Positions 51,831 to 64,000 of a stretch of 64,000 bases of DNA are shown piece after piece. Each line of letters begins with the position of its first letter. The stretch's first letter is position 1. The notes under the pieces are model-generated. The model worked only from the letters and a program-made list of their open reading frames with translations, was not told where the DNA came from and did no database searches. The DNA is from Lama guanicoe (lineage: Eukaryota): the NCBI GenBank assembly GCA_013239625.1, contig MU054187.1:23064795-23128794 (forward strand). The letters are read 5' to 3'. A program made the translations under genes and the position numbers.

Positions 51831-52003
51831 TCTCTGTTGTAGACCCAACCCTTTTTACAACACAAATGTCTTCTTTTGTTCAATCAAAATTTCCTGATTC
51901 TTACTCAGGAAACCAGCCTTGAAACAACCTGTGACAGCTGTAAGGAATTTGACTGTAGGTGGATTTAGGCTGGTTCGACTTTTCAAATCTTGAGTTGATG
52001 TTG
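51831..52003 (-). pseudogene. Candidate exon: (A)TSTQDLKSRTSLNPPTVKFLTAVTGCFKAGFLSKNQEILIEQKKTFVL*KGLGLQQR
   Basis: gtaagt donor; phase-0 end matches the next exon; single TAA at 51855-51857. Confidence 0.5.
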
Positions 52004-52689
52004 CTTTACAGAAATGCTTCAAATTTCAGTTTATTCTCTTTAAGCCTCCTGTCTTTAATTATGCACAGAATGAAACAACTAAACAAACCCTCTTATCAGC
52101 GTTGCTCCCAAAATGACCCAGGTTTGTATGTGTGCTTGTGTGTGTGTGTGTACACATCTAGCATTCAGTCTGGCCCCCATCCCTTAGTATTTCTTTATGA
52201 TAAGAACAGAAATGATAGGTAAATCTATATGAGTCTTATTCAGTGACATTGCTGGTCTATCCACTGGCATTTATATCTCGTTCACGTTCAGTTCATTTCC
52301 ATTCTCCAGGCAACCAGCAGTATTCAGTAAGATTATGACTACTACTTTCCATGTTTACAAAGCAATGTACATCTCACAGTTTCTTTGCTTCACACCTTCC
52401 ATGTTCAGTATAATTTCAGATTGGGTTCCTTACTAATTGAACATAATTCATTCTTGTTGACTTTAAAGGATCTAAAACTCTTCTAAAATTAGATATAATG
52501 TTCATACGAAATACAGATTTTTAGAAAACAATGAATTAGTGTACTCTTCTGCACAACATAGCTTTTCTAGCATTCTTAATTTAATTTCTAATCCACTAGC
52601 ATATATATTTGAATATATTGAATTGAATTATTGCTTTGAAGTCAGGAATTTTCTTTTTTTTCTGGAGGAAAAGCCGTTAAGAATTAACA

Positions 52690-53030
52690 GAGTTACAGAG
52701 CCATTTGGAAAGGCATAGATCATACAAATTCAAAGGAATCCATGAAATTGTTAAGAACACTTCAGCAGTTTCCATAAGCAATCTTGAGACCTCAGATACC
52801 TCAAAATGTGTTAGGATTTCAAATATTTGAGAGTGGATGGCTACAAAATCTAAATGTGGCATACATTTCCCACCACTCTGATTTACATGGGCTTAGTGTG
52901 ATTGAAATATGTTTTTTGGCCAGAATCCTTGAATAATCTGTCAAAGTCTTTCATTTCAAAACAGTCTGTTTTGTTGCAGAACACTTTGGCACTTTCTCCT
53001 CCTTAATGTCATCATTTTTATTTGTGATCT
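52690..53030 (-). pseudogene. Candidate decayed exon(s) including FVAIHSQIFEIL...AEVFLTISWIPLNLYDLCL
   Basis: Coding-like non-repeat block; A...L...W.P...D resembles RGS22-type domain ends; boundaries uncertain. Confidence 0.35.
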
Positions 53031-53577
53031 ATATAACATGCATCTCCAACAGTCATCCTAATAGTCATGTATCAGTGATTTGTTTTACAGCATCTTTTGA
53101 AAATAATGGCTTTAAGAAATACGTTTGATCTTAGATATTTAATAACCCTTTTTTACATGTTCATCTTGTGAACTACAAGGGAAATGAATGCCAAAGGCAT
53201 GTATTTCTGCTGACCAGATGTGTGGGTGTGGTGGAGATAAACTTATCGGTATGGGAAGGATTTCCATTATTTTTTCTTCACATTTTTCACACATCCATTT
53301 TACTGATAGTAAATCCTTAGACACTTACAAAGACAACAATTCAACAGAACCACATGTGCTACATATAGCTTAGGTAATCAAAAATTTTGACATTGGTTAT
53401 AAGGTAGATATCATTGAATCTACTTCCAGACCTTTTAAGAAAGAGTTTCCAATTAAAAAAAACTCCAGATTGGACTTTTGGCTTATGTATGTATTGGAAG
53501 TGCTAAACAAAACAAAACAAAACAAGACAAAACCCCCTATTCTTGATTTTTCTTAGATGTGAACGTTGTTTGTTTAA

Positions 53578-53765
53578 GATGGTATTTCTCAAAGTATGGC
53601 ACTGTTATCAGACACATTGCTATCATCTGAAACTTACTAAAGTGCAAATTCTGGGTGCCATCACAGACCCACTGAATCAGAAATTCTAGGAGTGGGGCCC
53701 AGAACTATTTATTTTAAAAGTTATTCATGTGATTCATATGCACACTCCAGATTGAGAAATACTAT
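53578..53765. mobile_element. MER5A hAT-Charlie MITE
   Basis: 'gtatttctcaa...gcaaattctggg...ctgaatcagaaattctaggagtggggcccag...ttgagaaatac' with terminal inverted repeats. Confidence 0.85.
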
Positions 53766-53981
53766 GTGATATAATTCTTAAGATAAAGTTTAGGTTTTCT
53801 AAATATCTATTGGAAAACTTACGGAAAAGATGTACTAAGGAGTGGGGTGGTGTCACAAAACGAAACTGAAATATAGCTTTGTTACAGCAAGTATTCTAGC
53901 ATCACTGACGTAGCTCCCGAGAAGATCAAAGGAGTGTGCATTATTACAGATAGTCTATTTACAATTCTTGAACTGACTCAC

Positions 53982-54110
53982 TAAAATAGAAGTAACTTGT
54001 AGTTTGTAGATATTTCAAAATTCAGATCGAATTTTACACGCACGCAGTTCATTAAGCTGTAGATGCTAAAATGTGTAAACCAGCTTCAGGCATCTTGATG
54101 AATTTTCATA
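53982..54110 (-). pseudogene. Candidate exon: YENSSRCLKLVYTF*HLQLNELRACKIRSEF*NIYKLQVTSIL
   Basis: 129 nt, phase 0-0, tttcag acceptor, gtgagt donor, retained CpGs, two stops. Confidence 0.5.
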
Positions 54111-55106
54111 CTGAAATTTATTAACTACAAAATGCTTTGATCCAAAAATATATCTTATGCCAAAAATAAACATGGGAGCTGAATTTCTTACTCATTATTC
54201 TTTAAACGCTGTTTATTTTCATATATATATACACACACACACATATATATGTATATCACATGACACCATAATCTATGCAACAAATTATTCTATTGCACTT
54301 AAATAATTTGAATCCCTTTTGACAAAATAAGCAGTGGAAAAGAAAACAGCTTTTCTATGTATTAAGATAATTCCATATGAATCTTGCATCTTATCAGTAA
54401 GCTAAATGCCAATGTAATTTGAATTCATTTCTGGCTATTGCATTTAATTCTTCAGGAATAGATATAAGAAATCATTTACATAAATCTGCTTGCTAAAAAT
54501 TGACATCACTGGGTAGTACTGTGTTTACTAACATAACTAGTAGGTTTTAGTGGATCAGTGATTGATGTAAATCAGTTCAATGCATAGTCTTGTATCGATA
54601 CAGTGAACCATTGTTCAAATAAGTGTTTCACGGTTTATTCTGTAAAAAGAGCTAAAGTGAACATAACACATACTGCCAGGATTATTGTAAAAATCAACTG
54701 GGAAACTGATATTCAATGAATATGAGTTATATGAATGTATTAGAAATAGCTTGAGCAGATCTCATACTTCTGACAAAAATTATAATTCTGCAGAATAATG
54801 ATGAATGACAGCATGCAAATATATAAAATAATAGAACAGATAACCCATCAAATAAGGCAAAAAATATATCTACCAAGAACTAAACAGTGTGTCTCTGAAT
54901 GGCAGAAAGATACATAACAGTGCTAGACACACAAAATTAAAGAATAGGGCTAGGGAATTTGGCAAGAAAACATACAAATAAATATAAGAAATAAAAACAA
55001 AAAATGGTTAAAGAATGTAGATGTGAATAACCAGTAGATGATTGATCAATATTTGTTTATCCTAACATATGATTTAAAAATATTTGCTAAGTGACGGCGT
55101 GGTTAC

Positions 55107-55292
55107 CAAGATGTAGGATTCTGTTGATATTATGTCTCAGTGGAAATGGAAGAAGTCACTAGAGAACTCAAGTGCTTATTATTTGAGGATTAAAGGTTTC
55201 CCAGCTCTCTGCTATTCGTGAGGTCTCTATTTTAAGCCTTTCTTGTCTGTTCTTAAAGTCCTTGGGTTGACGTCATTCCTCCATTTGGATGT
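55107..55292 (-). pseudogene. Candidate 186-nt exon with stops, preceded by a long exon-like block (about 55345-55960)
   Basis: Acceptor ccttttatttattttaag, donor TTG/gtaacc; upstream donor gtaagt at 55344 in matching phase 1, though that intron is only 52 nt. Confidence 0.4.
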
Positions 55293-56189
55293 CTTAAAAT
55301 AAATAAAAGGACCACAAAGGGCAAACCTTAAAAATGAGACTTACGAGGGTGATCAGAATAAGACATGGTTTCATGAAGAATGCGATGCATTCATTGTAAT
55401 CAAGATGTTCTAGTCATCCCTAAACGTCTATTCTTCTGCTGCTGTTGAATAGTTACTAAGGCCTATTACTTGTCTCATACTTCATGTGATGGCCAGTCAG
55501 TTGAGGACGAGAGATCACATCTTTGCTGTCTGAGGAAATGGATGTCAATTTGTCTTGTGGTTGGTTCAGAAAGTGCTCTTATGAAGTCTGTGCTTCAGCA
55601 TTTGAGCAGAACTGGGCTTGCCATTAACACAGGAGGTGGTTGGAGCATGTGATCTCGGTGCCCTGCTAATCCCCAACAAGCAAGGGGAGGGAAGTGAAGT
55701 CATCTTCTGGCTGAACAGCAGACATCAGAAAATACATAAAATTGTTGGCTGCCTGGTTTTAAGCTCCTACACAGTAGCCCTGGGAATATCCAGTGAGTAG
55801 AAGAACTGCATGAGGATGATTGCTTGTATTGGATCTGTGCCTTCACCTCTGATAGATAACGTAAGAGCAATCGTTGGTGTGAGACATCAAAAGATTTCCT
55901 ACTTCAATGGCCTACGTATTAAGAAAGGGTAAGAGCCCATGGCAGTGAAAAGATCTCTTTGAGAAAATCCAGGGGAGATGCAGGGCAGTAGAGGGAGGCT
56001 GAAGTGAGGAAGAGGGTAAAACAGATAGAAATAAGCCTTGAAATGATCCTTTCTTGCTATTAGAGAGGGCCTTGGATTAATTAACAATATATTATCACTT
56101 AATTTTTCCACTCTAATTTTATGAAGGGCAAGAATGGAAACTGTTGAAAAAAGCAGATTCCAAATTTCTTGTAGTTATTAAGAATGGTG

Positions 56190-56390
56190 GGAAGACAAAC
56201 TCTTCTATAACTCACGTACAACACTGAACAAGTTAGTTCCTCTAGATTTCAATTTTTTCCATTGTACAGTAGAGATAATAATGTACCCAGTTTTATATAA
56301 TTGCTGTGAAATCAAACAGATTAAAAGTGTAAAGAATATACAACAGGGCCTGGCTTTGAGTAAGTACTTAATAAATGTTTGCTATTATTA
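56190..56390 (+). mobile_element. MIR
   Basis: 'aacaagttagttcctctagatttcaatttt...acagggcctggc...aagtacttaataaatgtttgctattatta'. Confidence 0.75.
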
Positions 56391-56469
56391 TTTTTTATTT
56401 ACTCACATATTCAATTTATCATTTATCCAGTACATATAATGGCATCCTCTACCAATATACCAAATACCT

Positions 56470-58280
56470 TTGCCTTCGCATAGGTTTTCCAGAAAATAGA
56501 TTTAGATGAAATATTATATGCAGAAGGTTTATTGGGGAGTACACTTAAATATTAAATTATGTTTGAGTGAAAGAAGTAATATTGTTCACCGAATATGTCA
56601 TTACTTGCCTCAAGTGTGTGACAGACATGCAACTGATCTTGACGATCATGGTCAGTTACCCCTGTCAGATGTGACTTCATTCTTTCCTGTTGGTCTCTTG
56701 GTGCAGGAGGCTGAAGTGACCAGTAATGGCCATCGCTTAAAGTCTAGTAAGACCGTCGCAGTGTTCCCTGGTGGGAAGTGTTCTACAACCGAGAATACAA
56801 ACTCTAAACTCCAACTGCCCAGAGTTTCAGGAACAGGAAGACTACGTTTCTCAATTAGGTCACCATCAATAATTAAGTGGGGTCATCTCTGCTTCCAACC
56901 CTTGGTTACTGGATTCATGTGTTCCACCCATTGGGGCACATAGTAATATTCATTGATTTAGAGTGTATATTGTTTCATAGAGGATGATGCTCCATCTAAA
57001 TGGCATAATTCCCAAACTGAAGCCCCAGCTGTGCCTCCAAATGACCATTCCATTTATCTGTCAGGCTGGCAGTTTCTGAGTGGTGGGGTATTTAATGGAA
57101 CTAAAGGATCTCCATTGATCCTCCAGTGATCATATGCTCATTGCAGTCTTTCTTGCTGTAAAGTAGGACCCGTGGCCTTATTTGATATTGGATGGGGTAC
57201 TATGTTGACAAGCCTGATACTCTAGAGAGAAGTTCAAATATTCTTCATCCAGTGGTCCTGGAGCACGTTGGAAACTTGTAGACAAGAAAGACGTAATTAT
57301 ATGCAAAAATATATGGCTTTCCAGTCAAAACGAAGCTCTGCCTCTTCCAGGGTTAAAAAAAAAGAAAGAAAAAGGTCCAGGGTAATTATGATGCTAATAG
57401 AATCAGTCTATTTCTTCTGCAGGGACTTGGACTTTCAGCCGTGGAAGCCTTGGAGAGTGGGGACGCATGAAGTCGGCCTTGTGACTAACCTCTATTCTTT
57501 CCACTGTAGCTACTCCATTAATCTGACCATTGGCCACAATGGAGTTGGCTCATGTCAAACAACAAAGTCATTCTGTCTGCTCGGTTGTTCAGCACCTTTG
57601 CTTTTTGGTGAGTGCTAACCTGTAAGGCATAGATCTTCACACTTCATGGCCAGACCCATATGTTCATCTGCATATTTCTTCCCTGGAGATCTTTATCCCT
57701 AGTCTTCCAGTATTTTTCCCTCCAGGCCTCTGAGCAACCAGCCAAGCCGTTAGTCACTGCTTATGAAACTGTACATATTCTTACTTCAAGCCAATTCTCT
57801 TTCCACGTCAAGTAGATGATGAAATAAACTCCCTGAAGCTTGCCTGTTGAGAAGATATCCCTTCTCCTCTGTCTCTGAGCCCCTTCTGTGGGGGCCTGGT
57901 AGAGTGGCAGTCCATTACTAGCTTGTACGTTTATACCTAGTTAAGCCTCTGTGAAACCAAATCTGAATTTTGCATTTTGGGTTGATTGATCATGAGAACC
58001 CAGCCATGAAGCCATAAGTATGACCTGAAGGAGGAGTATCCGTACAACAGAAGTAGATGACATGAGAACCCAGGCCACTCCACGCGCTTGTGCCCTCTGA
58101 TCCAGCCTGTGCCTCGCCTGTGTGTCCCAGCTCCATCTTCACTGTGTTGGTGCTGCCGGGCTGCCTGAACGGAGGACTTGCTGGTTCCCACAGAGAACAG
58201 TGCATGGTTGGTCCGTGATGTCCTGTGGTTAACTGCTCCCTTTCTATGAGATCCAGTAACACGCCAAAATCAGTTTCACG
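56470..58280 (-). mobile_element. ERVL-type LTR piece and degenerate internal (pol-like) region
   Basis: LTR16/33-like start and antisense ERVL-internal-like motifs; heavily decayed. Confidence 0.55.
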
Positions 58281-58289
58281 CTGCCTTCC

Positions 58290-60490
58290 TGAAACAAACT
58301 CGAATTGGTTTATTTGTCATTTTACATATCACTGAATTTTGCATGTAGGATTGTGAAAACTGGCCTACAGGTTTCCTTTCTTGTAATGCTCCATCAACTT
58401 TCAAAATTAAAATTATACTTGCTTATATTCTCTTAAGGAGTTTGTATGATTTCTTCCTTAAGTATCTGGCAGAATTCATTGCTGATGCTATCTGGACCCG
58501 GAGCTTGCTTTCTGGGAAGAGTTTTCACTATGGTTTTAATTTATTTAATTGCATAAGACTAATCAGGGTTTCTATTTATATTTTAGTCACTTTACTAAGT
58601 TGTGATCTTTCCTGTAACATATCCATTTCATCAAAATTTTCAAATTTATTTTCATGAAGTAGTTTAAAATTTCCTCTTAGGGTTGTATAACATACGTAGA
58701 ATTGTTAGTGATCGTCATTTGATGTTTCTGACATGGATTATTTGTGTCATCTTTTTTAAGCTAGTTTATCCAAGGGTTATCAATCAATGCCAATTATTTT
58801 TGAAAAATAAAATGTCTTTTTGATCTTTTTGCTCTATGTTGTTTTCTTTTTCATCAGTTTCACACTGACCCTTATTATCTACTTTTTTCAATTATGTGTG
58901 TAATTTACTGGTACTATAATTTCTTGAGGAGAATACTTAGTTCATTGATTTTCAAATTTTTTCTAATATATGCACTTAGGTTGTAAATTTCCCAGTAAAT
59001 GCACCTATTGTTTATCTCAAAAGTTTGATATTTTGTTTTGATTAATAGTCCGTCCAAAATATATTTAAAATTTTATCATGACATTTTGGATCTAAAAAAG
59101 ATTTGCTGCAGACAAATCCTCTATTTTGGTTTGCCTGAAAATGTCTTCAGTTAACTATTATTTATAAGGGTATTTCCCTGGATGCAGAATTCTAGGTTAG
59201 CGGTTTTTACTTTTACTATATTAAACACATTTCATTTCATTTTCTCAGTCTAATTATTGTTCATTGTAGGAAGTCTGTCCTCTTTTTTTATGGATGCTTT
59301 TAAGATGTCTTTCTATCTCTGGTTTTTAACAGTTTTGTTGTTACGTCTGAAGTGTGTGAATGTTTTTATTTTGTTTTATTTTATTTTGTTTGAAATCATG
59401 TTTGAGACCTCATAGAGCTTTTAAATCTGCGACTGGATAACTTTCTAAAGTTTTGGAAAATTCTCAACTATTTTCTCTTCAAATGTCAATGTACTCCCTT
59501 CTCTCCTGTTGGCATTCCAACTTCAAATGTGTTCAGTCTTGTCACCAAATCCCTATTTCACTTTTACTTTTTTTTTCTGTATTTTCATCCTGTATTGCTT
59601 TGAAAATTATTCTGGATATTTTATTTTGTCCTATCTTCTACTAATGATCTTTTTCATCTACGTCTAGTCTATGGTTAGAATTATCCACTGAGATATTAAT
59701 TTTGGTTATTTTAATATTTAGTCCTGGAATATCCATGTGCTTCTTTTTTCTACTTTCTAGTTCTCTGTTTCAATTCTCAGTCATGTTCTTCCTTAGCAGA
59801 CACAGCATAATTATTTAAGATCTTTGCCTGACAACCTTCATTCTCTGGATTTTCTGGATCTTCTATTACCCATTGTCTCTCATTTCTAATTTCGCTTTCT
59901 CCCTCCCTTCCTTCCTTCCTCTCTTCCTCCCTTTCCCCCACACCCCATTTCTCTCTCAGTAACCCTGTCTTCTATACTCCTGTGGCTGGTTATTTGGTAA
60001 TGAGAGAATATTTCAATTTGATTCTTGCCAAATGCAATGGCCATGAGCAACTTGGGATCATGTTAAGCTAGTGTCAGGGATTGACTGAAAAGGTGTAAAA
60101 CTGAACTTGAGTCCCTGAAAGGGCAGTTCATTTTTCTGATTTACTCTCTCTCCTAAAGAACAGCCTGCCAAGATATCAAACCCTCAAGTGAAGATTTTGT
60201 AAGGATTTTGCTTCCAAGTCCTGGGCTTCAACTTTAGCTGTTTTAAATCTAAGAAGTTGTCGACAGTTTTGCTTAGCTTCTTGCACCTCATTCAGACCCA
60301 CTCCAGAATCAGTAAAGACAATGGAGCCCTAGATACTAGATTTGCCTCCTCAAGCCTTTCTTCTCTGAGATCTTGACCCTGTAATTGGTAGCCAGCACGG
60401 CTAGCATTCACATTTCTGCAGGCAGTCTCCTTTTTATTTTGTAGAGAGAATCTAGTTCTCCACAGGAGAATATCTTTGACTTTTCTGTTC
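58290..60490 (-). mobile_element. Old L1M body (ORF2, ORF1 and 5' remnants)
   Basis: T-rich antisense L1 motifs ('ggcagaattc...ctatctggacc', 'gcagaattctaggttag', 'ttttggaaaattctcaactatt'). Confidence 0.7.
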
Positions 60491-61348
60491 TATTCTTAAC
60501 AGCAATGAAAAGTCCAATGGAAATTTGTCACTCAGATTATTTCAAAATATTTTGTATGGATATCTGTGTGCATGCATGGAGCAGGGTCAGAAATTGTGTT
60601 TGTATGTGTACAGTATGAGAAAAATTATCATATGGTTTTCTTTTCTTTTACCCTACTGCTCATGTACAATTCAACTTTAAAGCACACACTTTGATAGGTA
60701 CTGAGAAACATGGTGCCTGGTCAGATATGCTAATACTTGAATGACTAAAGACAAGTCAGTTCTCAAATAGTTAGATAATTCTATTTATATTCTATTATAT
60801 ATGTTAATAGTTAACATTTATTTCAGGCTTACACAGTATTAAGTGATGACTAGATATTACTATCTAAGTGAAAAAAATACCTATTTGATATTTTCCTGTC
60901 TTTGCAATTTTTGAACTAGTTTTCAAAGCCATTGTGAGTGCTTATTTCTGAAATGATCAAAGTCAATCATCAAACTATGTAAAGCATTATGATGTGTAGT
61001 AATACAAAGTATTTTTAATTTGCCTGATTCAAATTATGATGCACATCTCTTTCATTTAATTATCAATTTGTTTGCTATTCATAGACATTAACTTCAAGTA
61101 GCTAACTGCCATTAACAGGCAACATATTTTTCTTTGCTAAGGTCATGTTAATTGTAATTTGTCTTGAGTCGTAGGTAATTCATTTTACCACTCACATTGC
61201 AAGTTTTATATCTACTGAATTCCAAAGATTTTTAATAGACATTTTTAGCTTCATATTTGTTGTTGTTAAATTGGAACTTCCTGTGTACTAACATACTTGT
61301 CTGTCACTGAGCTTTCAAAATATGACTAGGGCATATTGTAAATTTTAC

Positions 61349-61555
61349 TTCCCTAATAGCCTTTGATAAACCATTGCATGACATTTTGGCAATATGTACA
61401 TATAAAGAGAAATGGATAAATCAAGAGATTCTTCCTTCTGGTTTACATCATGCAAAACCCCAGCAGAAGGTTTCTTACTTTCCTTGACTAAACCTTCCAC
61501 TAGTTGTCTGTGTGCCTTTTTTGTGGACATGACATTTTTAATTAAATGCCCTCTT
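61349..61555 (-). pseudogene. Candidate open exon: RGHLIKNVMSTKKAHRQLVEGLVKESKKPSAGVLHDVNQKEESLDLSISLYMYILPKCHAMVYQRLLG
   Basis: 207 nt, phase 2-2, ttttcatttacag acceptor, gtaaaa donor, no stops. Confidence 0.4.
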
Positions 61556-62339
61556 CTGTAAATGAAAATTCCTATACAAATTGTTTTATTGTGATAAATA
61601 ATAAATTATCATAATATATTATTTTGTACTTTTCTGTATATGTTTTATAATTCAGTTAACTGTTTATTTAAGCAAGCCAGAGTAAGGGCAAGTCTGGAAA
61701 AAAAAATTAATTCTGACTTGAAGTTACAAGTTTGCTTTGAAAAAGCTTACTCTTTAGCCCCAAAATAGCTGATAGAAGAAAAGCCTTGTTTTCCAAATAC
61801 AAATGCATTACATAGGAACGAATGTTATATTGTATAATACAATGTTAACATTAAACAATATTGTTCCACAAAATTCAGTTTTGCCAAAACGTTCTAATCA
61901 GTTAACAATTTTTCTTTGCTTTAAAAACTTAGATATTCCATGCTATTTAATATTTTCAATACATTTTAGCACTTTTTCTTAGAAAATACATTTAAGAAAT
62001 CAAGCTCTATCCATTTAGAAATTTAAAGACTGTTGATTGTGGCCCCAAATGTTCTAGAATTCAAGTTCTATCTGTAGAACTCTTCCTCTTTTCAGCCCCA
62101 CTACCATTGCATTAGCTCATTGCTCACCAAGGTTTCTCTAGTAATTACTCACGTGATTCTGATCTTCACTTTCTGTCTCCTCCAATCCAGTCTTGAGTTT
62201 TGCTTTGGTTTTGTTTGTTTGTGTTTTTGTTCTTTTTGGATCATTTTGTGATGTTAATGAAACTTTCAGATATTTGCCGTAAGTAAATAAATGGAAAGTC
62301 AGCTTAAGGGTATTAGAAGTCTTCACCATTTAATCCCAA

Positions 62340-62760
62340 AACTTTTTGTCTTTTCCATCACTTTCCTCCTCCGCCACCCAACATATACACTTTATGCTGC
62401 AATCAAGAGTGGTTTAAATTTTTTTTGAATTCCCAATGCTCTTTTGCACTTCCATATATTTAAGAATACTCTTTTTTTACCTTGGATTCTTTTTCTCTTT
62501 TCCTTCATATAAAGTCCTATAAAACTCATCTCAAAGGTCATTGTCTTATTTAACTCCTCTCTAACTGTTTCATGTAAAAATGAATCTCATCTCTCCCTTT
62601 GTTCCATTAAAACTTGTTCATATTTATTATATTTCATCCACACTTGCTTTGGTTGTTTCTGATTTTTTTTTTTTTTTAGCAGATGAGCTTTCAAGGACTG
62701 GGACAAGATCTATTTTATCTCTGCGTATCTGGCAACTGGATATTCATGATAAACCTTAAA
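62340..62760 (+). mobile_element. L2 3' fragment
   Basis: Pyrimidine-rich L2-like body and 'agatgagctttcaaggactgggac' end motif. Confidence 0.5.
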
Positions 62761-64000
62761 ACAGTACACTGGGTAACTATTGTATCTTTCATGCTAGTTT
62801 CCAGGAACCAGTTTAGCAATATAGATTTCAGGATTTCGAATGTTTTGGAATTTTTAGGTCATTGTTTTTTGTTTTCTTTTTATTCAATTGAAAGAAAATT
62901 GAAGTTGTCTCTATCCAGAAGTTATAAAATACAGACCTCTGATATTAAGTTTACTATATTGCTACAAGATGACAAATAATACATATGCTAATATTTCTAC
63001 TGGATTAAGATATGGCTTTTATTTTTGAATAATCTTATTTATCCTGGTAAATACTATGTATGAAGTCAGTAACTCTCACAGTGAGCTGGTTTTGCCTTTT
63101 CTTGCTGATGAAATCATGTCTCTCATTTAGCTTAGCTATTTTGGATAATGTGAATAGCATTTAAAAATTATTTTTTATGGCACTGTGAAACATATATTTT
63201 TGCAACAATACCCAACTTCTTAACTCTTTATTCCCATTCCATTGTGTTTCTCCTACTTTGTATCATTGTGAAAATGATACTTTTTAAATGATTGCTCGCC
63301 TTATAATTTTGCTGAGAAAATGTTCCATGGATATTGACTTCAAACTCCTTTCACCTGCATCTCTAGATCTTTCATAGAATGTTTACTGTTAAACATTGTC
63401 ATAACACATTTTAACTATGTCAAAATCAGCACAAAGTGTCCTTTGAAATTAGGCTGACCAAATGACTTTGAGTGGAAGATATTCTTCGTAAAGTCTTTCC
63501 CCAAAATAAACACATTTTCTCCTTGCCATTTTTCATTAGTGTGAAAATTGCATCATCAATCCAAGTGCTTGATGGTAGATGACATTTCTATGGCATTTGG
63601 GACACATCATGTGAATTATGGAATCATAATTTCTACTTCTTATAACATTCATTTACAGTTTAGAAAGAAAGCATGTCCTCAGTTTCAGAAGGTTTAGAAA
63701 ATTCTAAGAGTTTTTAGATTTTTGAAACTTTCTAGAAGACTTTCTAGGCTGAAACTGTAATTAGTTACATAGCAGCCCTTTTGCCTTCACTGATTCACTC
63801 AACGCATATTTACTGAGTAAGCTACTATGTGTTAGGAATTGAGTATGTGGGCGTAAAAGAAAAAAAAAATCTGTGATACCTAACCTAGACTAAAGAGGGG
63901 TTGTAGACGTTCCATGAGAAAACAAATACATTTGATAAATTTTAATTTAGCATCAAAAGTCCAATGGGGACTTAGTCTTACTAGAGATGCTTTCCATATG

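Noticed and set aside
1..64000. CRISPR arrays, operons, rRNA or other prokaryotic systems
   Set aside because: The sequence is mammalian, with no repeat-spacer arrays or rRNA-like sequence.

Overview
AT-rich, repeat-dense mammalian genomic DNA, most likely camelid (tRNA-derived SINE and young L1 3' UTR types, recognised from memory). On the + strand are the last two coding exons and poly(A) signal of a spliced gene I recognise as CNBD1 (20495-20554, 34148-34264). On the - strand, spread over nearly the whole window and antisense to CNBD1, is a series of exon-like segments with canonical splice sites. Many carry in-frame stops and several translate to RGS-domain-like motifs, so I read them as a large decayed RGS22/RGSL1-like gene (candidate unitary pseudogene). 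One of its introns holds a frameshifted, intronless GDAP2 retro-fragment. The rest is L1 of several ages (including an ORF2-less 'half-L1' with TSDs, very young insertions with perfect TSDs and a twin-primed inversion), LTR/ERVL/MaLR relics, L2/MIR, hAT relics and microsatellites. All family and gene names come from visual recognition; no database search was run.
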